A stretch of 64,000 bases of DNA, from NCBI GenBank assembly GCA_963819655.1, contig CAWFXA010000003.1, positions 352,001 through 416,000 on the forward strand. The letters are read 5' to 3'. Each line of letters opens with the position of its first letter. The stretch's first letter is position 1. Positions 28,040 to 38,347 of the stretch are shown piece by piece. The stretch comes from an uncultured Chloroflexia bacterium. GTDB taxonomy: Bacteria > Chloroflexota > Limnocylindria > Limnocylindrales > CSP1-4. The notes beneath the pieces are model-generated. The model worked only from the letters and a program-made list of their open reading frames with translations. It did not search any database and was not told the origin of the DNA. The position numbers and the translations under genes were made by a program.

Positions 28040-29619
28040 CCACCGCCCGCACGCTGGCCCGGGCCGGCCTGATCGTCTCGGCGTTCTTCCTGGTCTCCCG
28101 CGTGCTGGGCTGGATCCGCCTCGTTGTCATCGCCAACGCGGTCGAGGATCCGGCCCAGCTCGATGCGTTCTTTGCGGCGTTCCGGATCCCCGACCTGCTG
28201 TTCCAGCTCGTCGCCGCCGGAGCGCTGTCCTCGGCGCTCATCCCGGTCGTGGCCGGTCTGCTGGCATCCGACGGCGAGGGTCGCGCGTGGCGGGTCGTGT
28301 CGACCGTCACGAACCTGATGCTCGGCGCGCTGCTCGTCCTCGCGGGATTCGTGTTCGTGTTCGCGGACCGACTGGTGCCGCTGTACACGAGCGGCTTCGA
28401 CGCGGCCACGATGGCCCAGACCGTGGAGCTGACGCGGATCATGGTCCTCAGCCCGATCTTCCTCGCGCTGGGCGCGGCCGCCACCAGCGTGCTGAACACG
28501 AAGGGGCGGTTTGCCGCGGCGGCCTTCGCGCCGGTCTTCTACAACCTCGCGATCATCGGCGCCGCCCTGCTGCTGACGCCTCGGTTGGGTGTCACAGGCC
28601 TGGCGATCGGGGTGGTCGCCGGGTCGGTCGGCCACCTCCTCGTCCAGCTGAAGCCCTTACAGAGGATCGGCTTCCGCTACACGCCACGCATCGACACCGA
28701 CGATCCGGCGGCGCGCACGGCGATCCGGTTGATGGTGCCCCGTGCCGTGGGGCTTGGGGCGAGCCAGATCACGTTCGTGGTCGTCACATCACTCGCCACC
28801 ACCGTCGGGATCGGGGCGGTGACGGCCTTGACGATCGCGTTCACGCTACTGCAGATTCCCATCGGCGTGATCGGCGTCCCGCTCGGGGTAGTGCTGTTCC
28901 CGTCGCTGTCCCGCGAGGCCGCCGCGGGCGACCACGCCGAGTTCGTCGCCCTGCTGACGCGGGCCATGCGCGTCCTGGCGTTCGTGATGCTGCCCGTCGC
29001 TGTCCTCGCCGCGATCCTGCGCGTAGAGACCGTCGCGCTGCTTTTCGGCGGGTTCGATCCGGCGGCCATCCAGCTCACGGCCGACACGTTCCTAGCGTTC
29101 CTGCCGGGTCTCCCGGCGCACGCCCTGATCGCCGTCCTCGCTCGCGCGTTCTATGCGCGGCAGGACACGCTGACGCCGGTGCTCGCCGCGATCGGCGCGG
29201 TGGTCATCAATACGACGCTCGCCACGGTCCTGGTCGGGCCGTACGGGCTGCCCGGCATCGCCTTCGCCATCGCGATCGCGGCCTGGCTCGAGGCGGCGGC
29301 CCTGCTGGTGCTGCTCCGCCGGCGCGAGGGTCCTCTCGGCCTCGCCACCGTCGCGTGGGTGGCGGTCCGGACGTTGCTGGCGTCGGCGATCGCCGGAGCC
29401 GCCGCGATCTTCGTCCGCGGGATCGTCGGACCGGCGCTCGCGCCCGATCCGGCCACGCTCGGACGAGGGGGCATCCCGGGCATCGTGGCCGTCATCCTCG
29501 TGGTCTCCACGGTCATGGGCGCGACGTTCGTCGTCGCGGCGCTCGCCTTGCGGATCGGGGAACTGCGCTCTATCGTCGCGATCATGGTCGACGCCCTTCG
29601 CCGGCCATCCCGGCTGTGA
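28036..29619 (+). CDS. murJ: Lipid II flippase MurJ (MviN)
   Basis: SRVLGWIR, DAFFAAFRIPD, GALSSALIP, RAFYARQDT.TP, many TMs. Confidence 0.95.
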   Translation: MTTARTLARAGLIVSAFFLVSRVLGWIRLVVIANAVEDPAQLDAFFAAFRIPDLLFQLVAAGALSSALIPVVAGLLASDGEGRAWRVVSTVTNLMLGALLVLAGFVFVFADRLVPLYTSGFDAATMAQTVELTRIMVLSPIFLALGAAATSVLNTKGRFAAAAFAPVFYNLAIIGAALLLTPRLGVTGLAIGVVAGSVGHLLVQLKPLQRIGFRYTPRIDTDDPAARTAIRLMVPRAVGLGASQITFVVVTSLATTVGIGAVTALTIAFTLLQIPIGVIGVPLGVVLFPSLSREAAAGDHAEFVALLTRAMRVLAFVMLPVAVLAAILRVETVALLFGGFDPAAIQLTADTFLAFLPGLPAHALIAVLARAFYARQDTLTPVLAAIGAVVINTTLATVLVGPYGLPGIAFAIAIAAWLEAAALLVLLRRREGPLGLATVAWVAVRTLLASAIAGAAAIFVRGIVGPALAPDPATLGRGGIPGIVAVILVVSTVMGATFVVAALALRIGELRSIVAIMVDALRRPSRL

Positions 29620-30674
29620 CGGCCCCGATCGACGCCGACGCATGGGACGCCCTCGTCGAAGCGAGCGACCCAGGCTCGTATCTCCAGCTGAGCCCTTGGG
29701 CGCGGGTCAAGGCCGTCAACGGCTGGTCGGCGCACCGATTGTCGGCCACGGATCGCGTCGGGGCACAGGTCCTCGTCCGACGTCCCCGGCCATTGCCGTG
29801 GGGATTCGCCTACGCGCCGCGCGGCCCGGTCGGCGGGGACTGGTCGCCAGACGAGATCGGGGCGTTCTCGGCGGCAGTCCGTGACAGGCTCACGGGGATG
29901 ACCGGTCGCGTGTCGCATCTGCGGATCGACCCCGAGATCGAGATCGACGGCCCACACGACCCCGACGGCGCGACGCGCAGTGCCCTGGCCGCCGAGGGCT
30001 GGCGGCCCGCCCCGCCGATCCAGCCGTCGTCGACGCGCATCATCGACCTCGCCGCGGACGAGGGGGCGCTGTGGGGCGACTTGCGCAAGAAATGGCGCCA
30101 GTACGTGAACAAGGCACGCGCGGCGGGCGTCGTGGTCGTCGACGTGGACGGCGATCGACTCGGGGACTTCTATCGCATCTACCGCGAGACGGCCGATCGG
30201 GCCGGATTCCTCATCCGGACCGAGGCCGCCTACCGCGACGTCTGGGACGCCTACCGGCCGGGTGGTCGGGCCCGGCTGCTCTTCGCCCAGGGGCCGGACG
30301 CCGAACCCCTGGCGACGCTGTTCCTCGTGCGCAGCGGGAACCGCGTCGTCGAGCCATACGGTGGCATGACCCAGACCGGCGCCGATACCCGCGCGAATTA
30401 CCTGCTCAAGTGGGAGGCGATCCGTTCGTCGCGCGAGGCTGGTGCGGCCACGTATGACCTGTGGGGCCTGGCGACCGGTGGCATCGCCCATTTCAAGACC
30501 GGCTTCGGCGGTCGTGAGGTGCGCTATATCGGCGCCTGGGACCTCGTGCTCGACCGGCTCGGTCGGACGGTGTACGGCGCGGCGGGCACGGCCAGGACGT
30601 GGTGGGCGCGCCGGAGTCACGGACTCCGTGGCGGCGGGACCGCGGCGGGTTTCGCCGGCGAGGGTGCGGAGTGA
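29616..30674 (+). CDS. FemAB/FemX family peptidoglycan bridge aminoacyltransferase
   Basis: YLQ...WA.VK, YAPRGP, LRIDP, LRKKWRQY, NYLLKWEAI, YDLWG, FKTGFGG. Confidence 0.9.
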   Translation: MTAPIDADAWDALVEASDPGSYLQLSPWARVKAVNGWSAHRLSATDRVGAQVLVRRPRPLPWGFAYAPRGPVGGDWSPDEIGAFSAAVRDRLTGMTGRVSHLRIDPEIEIDGPHDPDGATRSALAAEGWRPAPPIQPSSTRIIDLAADEGALWGDLRKKWRQYVNKARAAGVVVVDVDGDRLGDFYRIYRETADRAGFLIRTEAAYRDVWDAYRPGGRARLLFAQGPDAEPLATLFLVRSGNRVVEPYGGMTQTGADTRANYLLKWEAIRSSREAGAATYDLWGLATGGIAHFKTGFGGREVRYIGAWDLVLDRLGRTVYGAAGTARTWWARRSHGLRGGGTAAGFAGEGAE

Positions 30675-31789
30675 CCGGACCCGCCTGGCCGCGCGAGGCC
30701 ACCTGGGCGGAGCGCGCCGACTGGGACCAGCGCACCGTCCGCACGCCGGGCGGTCACGTGTACCAATCGACGGCCTGGGCGGAACAGCGCGCGCATCTCG
30801 GCTGGCGGCCGCTCTTCGTCCTGCTCGACGAGGACCACGCGGCGCTCGTCCTGCTGCGCCCGTTCCCCGTGATCGGTGGGGCCAGCGCGTACATCCCACG
30901 CGGGCCCGTCAACGCCCCCGAGGAGGACGCCGAGGCCGCGGCAGCCCGCGTCGCCACGCTGACCGAGTGGCTGGCGCGGCGTGGCGTGGCGGTCGTCGCG
31001 ACCGATGCCGAGATCCCGATCGCCGACGCCGCCTACGGCCGCGGCCTTCGGTCGGCCGGATTCCGTCCCATCCCCGAGATCCAGCCGTCGCGCCATCGGG
31101 TGAGTCTCGAGCTGGCTCGGGACACGGATGACGCTGCGGTCCGAGCCGGTTTCACCAAGAGCACGCGCCAGCGGATCGCGGGCGCCGAGCGGGACGGCGT
31201 CATCGTCGAGCGCCACGACACGGGCGGCTGGTCGGGCGCGCACCCCTTGTTCGAGGCGCCTGCCCGGTCGTTCGACGAGTCGATCGGCAGCTTCGCGACG
31301 CTCCTCGAGGGCACAGGCGAGCGGCGCGGCTTCCGGTTCGGGCCGCGGCAGGTCTTCATCGATTGGTGGACCGCCGCGCATGCGGCCGGCCTGCTCGTCT
31401 ACCTGGATGCCCGGGACGGCGCCGATCCGACCCATTCGCTCGGCGGGCTCGTCCTGTACCGCCACGGCGGCCGCCTGTCGACGGTCCACTCCGGTGACCC
31501 GCCAGGGGTCCGCGACACCCATCCGGGCGTGATGCACCTCCTGCGCTGGCGCGCGATCCAGCTCGCCATCCGCGAGGGCTGCACCGAGATGGACCTCGGC
31601 GGCGTCGACGTCGGACCCGACCACCGCGAACCAGGGGAGGGCGATCCGATGGCCGGGTTGTATGAGCACAAGCGGTCGTTCGGGGCGCGCTGGGTCGAGA
31701 TGACCGGGGCGCACGAGCGCGTCACGAAGCCGCTGCCCTACGCGCTCGGGCGCCTGATGGCGCGGGCGGCGCGCATCCTTCAGCGATGA
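30671..31789 (+). CDS. Second FemAB/FemX family (GNAT) protein
   Basis: VYQS.AW, YIPRGP, TKSTRQRI, HLLRWRAI, DLGG, GLYEHKRSFG. Confidence 0.85.
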   Translation: MTGPAWPREATWAERADWDQRTVRTPGGHVYQSTAWAEQRAHLGWRPLFVLLDEDHAALVLLRPFPVIGGASAYIPRGPVNAPEEDAEAAAARVATLTEWLARRGVAVVATDAEIPIADAAYGRGLRSAGFRPIPEIQPSRHRVSLELARDTDDAAVRAGFTKSTRQRIAGAERDGVIVERHDTGGWSGAHPLFEAPARSFDESIGSFATLLEGTGERRGFRFGPRQVFIDWWTAAHAAGLLVYLDARDGADPTHSLGGLVLYRHGGRLSTVHSGDPPGVRDTHPGVMHLLRWRAIQLAIREGCTEMDLGGVDVGPDHREPGEGDPMAGLYEHKRSFGARWVEMTGAHERVTKPLPYALGRLMARAARILQR

Positions 31790-33393
31790 CCGGTCAGCTG
31801 GCGACGCGTCGACTCGAGGGGCTGGTGCAGCGCCTCGCGGCGGAGGACAGCCTGCGCGGCACGCGGCGCGACGGCCGGGCCGTCCCCTCTGCCGATCTGG
31901 CCGGCATCGACGTGACGGGCGTGACGCACGACTCACGCGGGGTGCGGCCGGGGATGCTCTACGTCGCGATCGAGGGTCAACGCGTCGACGGGCACGACTT
32001 CGTGCCGGCGGCGATCGAGGCGGGCGCGGCGGGTGTGATCGTCGAGCGGCCGCTGGCCGGGGTCGCCGCCGCGCAGATCGTCGTGGCCGCCGCGCGACCC
32101 GCGTTGGCCAGTGCCGCCGCGTGGTGGTACGGCGATCCGTCGCACGAGCTCACGGTGGTCGGCATCACCGGCACCGACGGCAAGACGACGACGGCCTATC
32201 TCGCCGTTGCGGCCCTGGAGGCCGCCGGGCTCCCGACCGGCATGATCGGCACGATCGCGACGCGCGTCGGAGGGCGGACCGAGGACCATGCCGTCCACGC
32301 CACCACCCCCGAAGCGCCGGATTTGCAGGCCACCCTGCGCGCGATGGCCGATGCCGGCGATCGCGTCGCGGTCGTGGAGACGACGTCGCACGGGCTCACG
32401 CTCGAGCGGGTGGCGAGCGTCGCCTACGACGTGGCCATCCTCACCAACGTGACCCACGAGCATCTCGAGCTGCACGGCTCGTGGGAGGCCTACCGCGACG
32501 CCAAGCTGTCGCTGTTCGAGCGGTTGCGCGCTCCGCGCGGCGTGGTCAAGCCCCATCCCATCGCCGCCACGGCGATCGTCAATCTGGACGATCCGTCGGC
32601 CGGTCTGTTCGTGGGGACCGCTCGAGGTGCCGGCGCCACCGTGATCACGTACGGCACGGAGCCCGCCGCGGACGTCCGGGCGACACGCGTCGCCGAGGAC
32701 TCGGGGGGTCTGCACGCGGACGTGGCGGCACCGTCGGGCGAGGCGACGCTCGACCTCCGCCTCGCGGGTCGGTTCAACGTCCACAACGCTCTTGCGGTGG
32801 TGGCACTCGGCGAGGCGCTGGAGCTGGACCCGGAACCGGTCCGGGCGGGCATGGCCGCGCTGGAGGTCGTGCCGGGGCGGATGGAGCGCATCGACGCCGG
32901 GCAGCCGTTCGGTGTCGTGGTGGACTTCGCGCACAGCCCGGCGTCGCTTGCGACCGTGCTCGACCTCCTCGCGCCGGCCGCGGCCGCGCGCGGCGGGGGC
33001 CTGATCGCGGTGTTCGGCTCTGCAGGAGAGCGCGATACGGCAAAGCGGCCGCAGATGGGCCGCATCGCTGCGGAACGCGCCCGCCTGGTGGTGGTGACCG
33101 ACGAGGACCCGCGCGGCGAGGACCGCGATGCCATCCTCGAGGAGATCGCGCGGGGCGCCGAGGCTGCGGGTCGACGGCGGGGCCAGGACCTCCTGCTGAT
33201 CGCCGATCGGCGCGAGGCGATCGCCGCCGCATTCGAGGCCGCCCGGCCCGGCGACATCGTCCTGCTCGCCGGCAAGGGCCACGAGCGGTCGATCATCGGC
33301 CGCGACGGGGAACAGCCGTGGGACGAGCGCACGGTCGCCGAGGAACTGCTCCACGCGATGGGTCACGCCGGTTCCGGAGCCGCCCCCGCCTGA
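31786..33393 (+). CDS. murE: UDP-MurNAc-tripeptide synthetase MurE
   Basis: DSR, DGHDF, GITGTDGKTTT, TTPE, HLELHG, VPGRME, DFAH, KRPQMG, EDPR, AGKGHE. Confidence 0.95.
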   Translation: MTGQLATRRLEGLVQRLAAEDSLRGTRRDGRAVPSADLAGIDVTGVTHDSRGVRPGMLYVAIEGQRVDGHDFVPAAIEAGAAGVIVERPLAGVAAAQIVVAAARPALASAAAWWYGDPSHELTVVGITGTDGKTTTAYLAVAALEAAGLPTGMIGTIATRVGGRTEDHAVHATTPEAPDLQATLRAMADAGDRVAVVETTSHGLTLERVASVAYDVAILTNVTHEHLELHGSWEAYRDAKLSLFERLRAPRGVVKPHPIAATAIVNLDDPSAGLFVGTARGAGATVITYGTEPAADVRATRVAEDSGGLHADVAAPSGEATLDLRLAGRFNVHNALAVVALGEALELDPEPVRAGMAALEVVPGRMERIDAGQPFGVVVDFAHSPASLATVLDLLAPAAAARGGGLIAVFGSAGERDTAKRPQMGRIAAERARLVVVTDEDPRGEDRDAILEEIARGAEAAGRRRGQDLLLIADRREAIAAAFEAARPGDIVLLAGKGHERSIIGRDGEQPWDERTVAEELLHAMGHAGSGAAPA

Positions 33394-33425
33394 GCGACGG
33401 AGCCCCGCTGCTATCCTTGCGGCCC

Positions 33426-35777
33426 ATGGCGACGCCCCGCACGAAGACTTCGACGACCACATCCGCGACTCCCGCCGCGAGCGCGGAACGCGCCGCCGCG
33501 CCCGCACGCCATGCCGCGTCGGCCGCATCCGTCGCACCCACTGCGCCCGCCAAGAAGGCGGCGAAGACCCCGGCCCGCCGCGGCCCCCGGCGCACGCCGG
33601 CGATCCGCCCCGGCGGACCCGGCGAGATCGATCTCGAGGTGCTGCGCTCCGCGCTCAAGGCGACGATCGCCGAGCACCACCCCACGGCCGACCTGTCCGG
33701 CGTCGACCGGGCGTTCGACCTCGCGGTCGATGCGCACAAGGGCCAGCCACGGGCCACCGGTGAACCGTACGTGACCCACCCGATCGCGTCGGCTCAGATC
33801 GTGGCCGACCTCGGCATCGATCCGGTCGCGGTCGAGGCCGCGCTGCTGCACGACGTCCCCGAGGACACCGAGTACAGCCTGACCGACATCGAGGAGCAGT
33901 TCGGCGCGGAGGTGGCCCACCTCGTCGACGGCGTGACGAAGCTGTCCCGCTTGTCGACCCACAGCCACGAGCAGCAGCAGGCGGAGAACATCCGCAAGAT
34001 GCTGCTGGCGATGGCGGAGGACATCCGGGTCGTCCTCATCAAGCTGGCCGACCGGCTGCACAACATGCGCACGCTGTACGGCCTCCCGTCGGAGAAGCAA
34101 TTCCGTATCGCGCGCCAGACCATGGAGATCTACGCGCCGCTCGCCGAGCGCCTCGGAATCTGGCAGATCAAGTGGGAGCTCGAGGATCTCGCGTTCAAGG
34201 TGCTCGAACCCGAGCGCTTCCGGGAGTTGGCGAAGCTGCTGGACACCCGCCGCAAGGGCCGCGAGTCGTACATCGACCGCGCCATCGCCGAGCTCAAGCC
34301 GCGGCTCGAAGCTTCCGGCATCGACGCCGACCTGCAGGGCCGCCCGAAACACATCTACAGCATCTGGAAGAAGATGCAGCGCAAGGGCGCGGAGTTCGGC
34401 GAGATCTACGACGTCTACGCCATCCGCGTCCTCGTCGACGACGTCCGCGACTGCTACGCGGCGCTCGGCATCGTGCACAGCCTGTGGCGGCCGATCCCGG
34501 GCCAGTTCGACGACTACATCGCGGTCCCCAAGAACAACCTCTACCAGTCGCTCCATACCGCGGTCATCGCGCTCGACGGCAAGCCGCTCGAGATCCAGAT
34601 CCGGACCACCCAGATGCACCAGATCTCCGAGGTCGGGATCGCCGCGCACTGGCGCTACAAGGAAGGCACCAAGTCCGACCGCGAGTACGACGCCAAGCTC
34701 GCCTGGCTGCGCCAGCTCATGGATTGGCAGCGCGAGGTGTCAGAGTCGGACGCGACGGAGTTCGTCGAGGGCATCAAGCTCGACATCTTCCAGGACCAGG
34801 TCTTCGTGTTCACGCCGAAGGGCGACATCAAGGACCTGCCGGCCGGAGCGACGCCGCTCGACTTCGCGTACCGCATCCACACCGACGTCGGTCACCGGAC
34901 CATCGGCGCGAAGATCAACAACCGGCTCGTCCCGCTCGACTATCGACTCAAGAACGGCGACATCGTCGAGATCGTCACGACCAAGGGCGAGCACGGCCCG
35001 TCGCGCGACTGGCTGAACGTCGTGCGGACCTCGCATGCGCGCGAGAAGATCCGCCAATGGTTCAAGCGCAAGGATCGCGACGAGAACATCGTCCACGGCA
35101 AGGAATCGCTGGAGCGCGAGCTCCGGCGTCTGGCGCGGACGACGATCGCTGCGGTCGGGCACGACAAGATCGGCGAGGTGGCGCGCCAGCTCAATTACGA
35201 CACCCCCGACGACTTCTACGCCGCGATCGGCTACGGGGCGGTCGGTCCCCAGACGGTCGTCATGCGCCTCGGTGTCGTCGACGACGGCCAGAGCCAGCTC
35301 CCGACGGTCGCCCCGCCGCAGCACGTCGCCCGTGCCGGCGGCGTGCGGGTCAAGGGTGTCGGCGACCTGCTCGTCCGCTTCGCGAAGTGCTGCCATCCGA
35401 TCCCGGGTGACCCGATCGTCGGCTTCATCACGCGCGGCAAGGGTGTCACCGTCCATCTGCGGTCCTGTCCGACGGTGGCCAACGAGCGTGAGATCAGCCG
35501 GCTGATCGAGGTCGAGTGGGAGGCCGCTCCGACCCAGACCTACCCGATCGCGATCCGCGTCGAGGCGTACGACAGAACGGGCCTCCTCAACGACATCACC
35601 CAGGTCGTCGCCGAGAACAAGGTCAACATCGTGGCCGCCTCGGTCGGCGTCACACCGGACCACACTGCCGTCGTCACGGCCACTCTCCAGGTCGCCTCTG
35701 TGTCGCAGCTCGCCCGGGTGATGGGCCGGATCGAGAACCTCAAGGACGTCATCAGCGTGCAGCGCGACCTGGGGTAG
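33426..35777 (+). CDS. relA: Bifunctional (p)ppGpp synthetase/hydrolase Rel
   Basis: GEPY..HP, LLHDVPED, KLADRLHNMRT, RPKH, YQSLHT, EIQIRT, TGS, KCC.P, ACT. Confidence 0.97.
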   Translation: MATPRTKTSTTTSATPAASAERAAAPARHAASAASVAPTAPAKKAAKTPARRGPRRTPAIRPGGPGEIDLEVLRSALKATIAEHHPTADLSGVDRAFDLAVDAHKGQPRATGEPYVTHPIASAQIVADLGIDPVAVEAALLHDVPEDTEYSLTDIEEQFGAEVAHLVDGVTKLSRLSTHSHEQQQAENIRKMLLAMAEDIRVVLIKLADRLHNMRTLYGLPSEKQFRIARQTMEIYAPLAERLGIWQIKWELEDLAFKVLEPERFRELAKLLDTRRKGRESYIDRAIAELKPRLEASGIDADLQGRPKHIYSIWKKMQRKGAEFGEIYDVYAIRVLVDDVRDCYAALGIVHSLWRPIPGQFDDYIAVPKNNLYQSLHTAVIALDGKPLEIQIRTTQMHQISEVGIAAHWRYKEGTKSDREYDAKLAWLRQLMDWQREVSESDATEFVEGIKLDIFQDQVFVFTPKGDIKDLPAGATPLDFAYRIHTDVGHRTIGAKINNRLVPLDYRLKNGDIVEIVTTKGEHGPSRDWLNVVRTSHAREKIRQWFKRKDRDENIVHGKESLERELRRLARTTIAAVGHDKIGEVARQLNYDTPDDFYAAIGYGAVGPQTVVMRLGVVDDGQSQLPTVAPPQHVARAGGVRVKGVGDLLVRFAKCCHPIPGDPIVGFITRGKGVTVHLRSCPTVANEREISRLIEVEWEAAPTQTYPIAIRVEAYDRTGLLNDITQVVAENKVNIVAASVGVTPDHTAVVTATLQVASVSQLARVMGRIENLKDVISVQRDLG

Positions 35778-35860
35778 TCCCCAGGCGGAACGAGGAGGTC
35801 GGGAGGGATGACCGACATCTCCACGGCGATCCACACCCGGACCCAAGCTGACCGACGGTC

Positions 35861-36664
35861 GTGAACGCGCGGCGTCTCTGGGGGATCGCTATCGCCGTGG
35901 GTCTCCTCATTCTGGTGGCAGCCGGGACGTGGGCGTGCCTGTACGCCTCAGTCGACCAAGCGAGCGCATCGACGTCGGTCGTCGTGGCCATTGGGGCCGC
36001 CGTGCTGGTGGTCGTGGGGATCCGTGCCCGAGGGCAGGGGCGTGCCGCGGTCGCGAAGGTTCGGCAGGTGATCGGCGCCCTCGGACTGTTCCTGACGCCG
36101 GTGTTCGCCGCGATGACCGTATTCGCCCTGGCCGATCCGCCCATGATCTTTCGCTTCCTCTTGCTTACCGTCCTGGCCCTGCTTGCTTGGATGCAGGGGA
36201 TCGCCGCCCAGTCCGGATTGTCGTTTCGAGTCCTGATCCAGTGGTTCGCCACGCTTGCCGTCGTCGGCGCCCTCGCCATCGTCGTTGGCGGCTTCGTCGC
36301 CGTGATGCTCGTTGGCGTGCTCGGCACGATCGGTTTGGACGCCGACCAGGGAACGAGGGTCGCGTTCGGCATGGTCGTGGCGTCGATGGCGGCCTTCCTT
36401 TTCGTGTGGGCCAGGGGTCGGCGCGACCGCCAGACGCTGGGTCGGGCCGTCGTTCGTGCCGCATTCGGCCGTGCGCGGACCGGAGACATCGCACTCCTTG
36501 GCGCAGGACCCGGGCCGATCCTTCGGGGCCTCGCGATGCAGGAAGACGAACGTGCGGAACTCGATGCTCGACGTGCGGCCTGGGATGCGCGACTCGCGGT
36601 GAGCGATGCCAAGTTGGCCGATCCAGTCGCGGGCGATCGCGATACGCCGGCGGGTGACCGGTAG
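35861..36664 (+). CDS. Hypothetical multi-pass membrane protein
   Basis: About six hydrophobic segments; start uncertain. Confidence 0.65.
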   Translation: MNARRLWGIAIAVGLLILVAAGTWACLYASVDQASASTSVVVAIGAAVLVVVGIRARGQGRAAVAKVRQVIGALGLFLTPVFAAMTVFALADPPMIFRFLLLTVLALLAWMQGIAAQSGLSFRVLIQWFATLAVVGALAIVVGGFVAVMLVGVLGTIGLDADQGTRVAFGMVVASMAAFLFVWARGRRDRQTLGRAVVRAAFGRARTGDIALLGAGPGPILRGLAMQEDERAELDARRAAWDARLAVSDAKLADPVAGDRDTPAGDR

Positions 36665-36674
36665 ACTCCGCCCG

Positions 36675-37967
36675 ATGCCCACCTTCCGCGCTGCCCGCGG
36701 CACGCGCGACCTCCTGCCCGACGAGACCCCGACGTGGACGCGGATCGAGCGCCTGGCCGCCGACCTTGCGAGCCGCTACGGCTACAGGCGCATCGAGACG
36801 CCGATGCTCGAGCAGGTCGCGCTCTTCGAGCGCGGCGTCGGGGAGGTCACCGACATCATCGAGAAGGAGCTCTTCCGGATCGTACCCCGCAGCGACGAAG
36901 CCGAGGCCTGGGCCCTCCGACCCGAACCGACCGCCGGCATCGTCCGGGCGTACGTCCAGCACGGGATGCAGACCTGGCCGCAGCCGGTCAAGGTCTACGA
37001 GATCGGGCCGATGTTCCGCTACGACCGGCCGCAGGCGGGGCGCTACCGGCAGTTCTGGCAGTTCGATATCGAGGCGATCGGCGACCCCGGCCCGGCTGTC
37101 GACGCCGAGATCATCGAGCTCGGTCTGCGCTTCTACGCCGACGCGGGGGTGGCGGGTGTGGAGGTTCTGCTCAACTCCATCGGCGACAGCGCCTGCCGGC
37201 CGGCATACATCGAGGCGCTGACCGCCTACTACCGGACCCGGGCCGCGGAGCTGCCGGCGCTCGAGCGGGGTCGCCTCGAGCGGAACGTCCTGCGGCTACT
37301 CGACTCGAGAGACCCGGCGATGGCCGCCATCAACGCCGATGCCCCGCGGCTCATCGATCGGCTGTGCGACGCGTGCGCTGCGCATTTCGCTGCCGTCCGT
37401 GCGCACCTCGACGCGATCGGGGTGACCTACCGCCTGGAGCCCGGGCTCGTGCGAGGGCTCGATTACTACACGCGCACGGCGTTCGAGTTCTACGTGCGCG
37501 GTCGCGAAGGCCAGCAGCAGGCGCTCGGCGGGGGCGGCCGCTACGACGGCCTCGTCGAGCTGCTCGGCGGTCGACCGACGCCGGGCATCGGGTTCGGGAT
37601 CGGGCTCGACCGTCTCATCCTCGCGCTCGCCGAGGGGGGAGCCGAGGTGACATCGGCCAGGGACGATGCACCTGCAGCGGTCGTCGTCGGGGCCGACCCG
37701 GAGGCGACCGCGGAACGCCTAAGGATCGCCACGACACTGCGCGCTGCCGGCGTCGCGGCTCGCGCGGAGCTCGGGCATAGGAAGCTCGGGAAGCAGCTCG
37801 AGGCGGCCGCCCGCGACCAGGCCCACTTCGCGATCATCGTCGGCGACGAGCTCGCGAACGGAGAGGTCCAGGTGAAGGACCTGCCGGCCGGGACGCAGAA
37901 GCTCGTCGGCGTCGACGATCTCGCTCGCGAAGTCGCCCGCGCGCACGCCGCCCACCGGCACGGATAG
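36675..37967 (+). CDS. hisS: Histidine--tRNA ligase
   Basis: RGTRD, LRPEPTA, FRYDRPQAGRYRQF, RGLDYY, GGGRYD, GFGIGLDR. Confidence 0.98.
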   Translation: MPTFRAARGTRDLLPDETPTWTRIERLAADLASRYGYRRIETPMLEQVALFERGVGEVTDIIEKELFRIVPRSDEAEAWALRPEPTAGIVRAYVQHGMQTWPQPVKVYEIGPMFRYDRPQAGRYRQFWQFDIEAIGDPGPAVDAEIIELGLRFYADAGVAGVEVLLNSIGDSACRPAYIEALTAYYRTRAAELPALERGRLERNVLRLLDSRDPAMAAINADAPRLIDRLCDACAAHFAAVRAHLDAIGVTYRLEPGLVRGLDYYTRTAFEFYVRGREGQQQALGGGGRYDGLVELLGGRPTPGIGFGIGLDRLILALAEGGAEVTSARDDAPAAVVVGADPEATAERLRIATTLRAAGVAARAELGHRKLGKQLEAAARDQAHFAIIVGDELANGEVQVKDLPAGTQKLVGVDDLAREVARAHAAHRHG

Positions 37968-37971
37968 GCGC

Positions 37972-38250
37972 GTGGCCGATACGCTCGGGGTCGCCGCCGC
38001 GGGGTGGGGACTCCTGATGGCGATCTCCCCGATACTCCAGATCCACCGCATGGTCGAACGTCGTTCGTCGGCCGATGTCTCGATCGCCTACCTAGCCGTG
38101 TTGCAGTTCGGCTTCGTGCTGTGGATCGGCTATGGCATCGCCCTCGGGAACCCGGTGATCGCGATCCCCAACACGGTCGCTGCGCTCGTCGGTGCCGTGA
38201 CGATGATCGTCGCGTGGTTCCTGCGCCACGGGCCGCGCCCGGCAGGCTGA
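37972..38250 (+). CDS. SemiSWEET/PQ-loop-like small transporter
   Basis: Three TMs, P..Q....RRSSADVS, LWIGYG, N..I..PN. Confidence 0.8.
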   Translation: MADTLGVAAAGWGLLMAISPILQIHRMVERRSSADVSIAYLAVLQFGFVLWIGYGIALGNPVIAIPNTVAALVGAVTMIVAWFLRHGPRPAG

Positions 38251-38347
38251 TCATGCCCAGAGCGCGCGGCCAGGACTGAGGCCCGATCGCCCGCCGGAGG
38301 CCCATCCGCCTTCCTCGGCGTGACGGTTCCCGTACGATACGCCGGCC

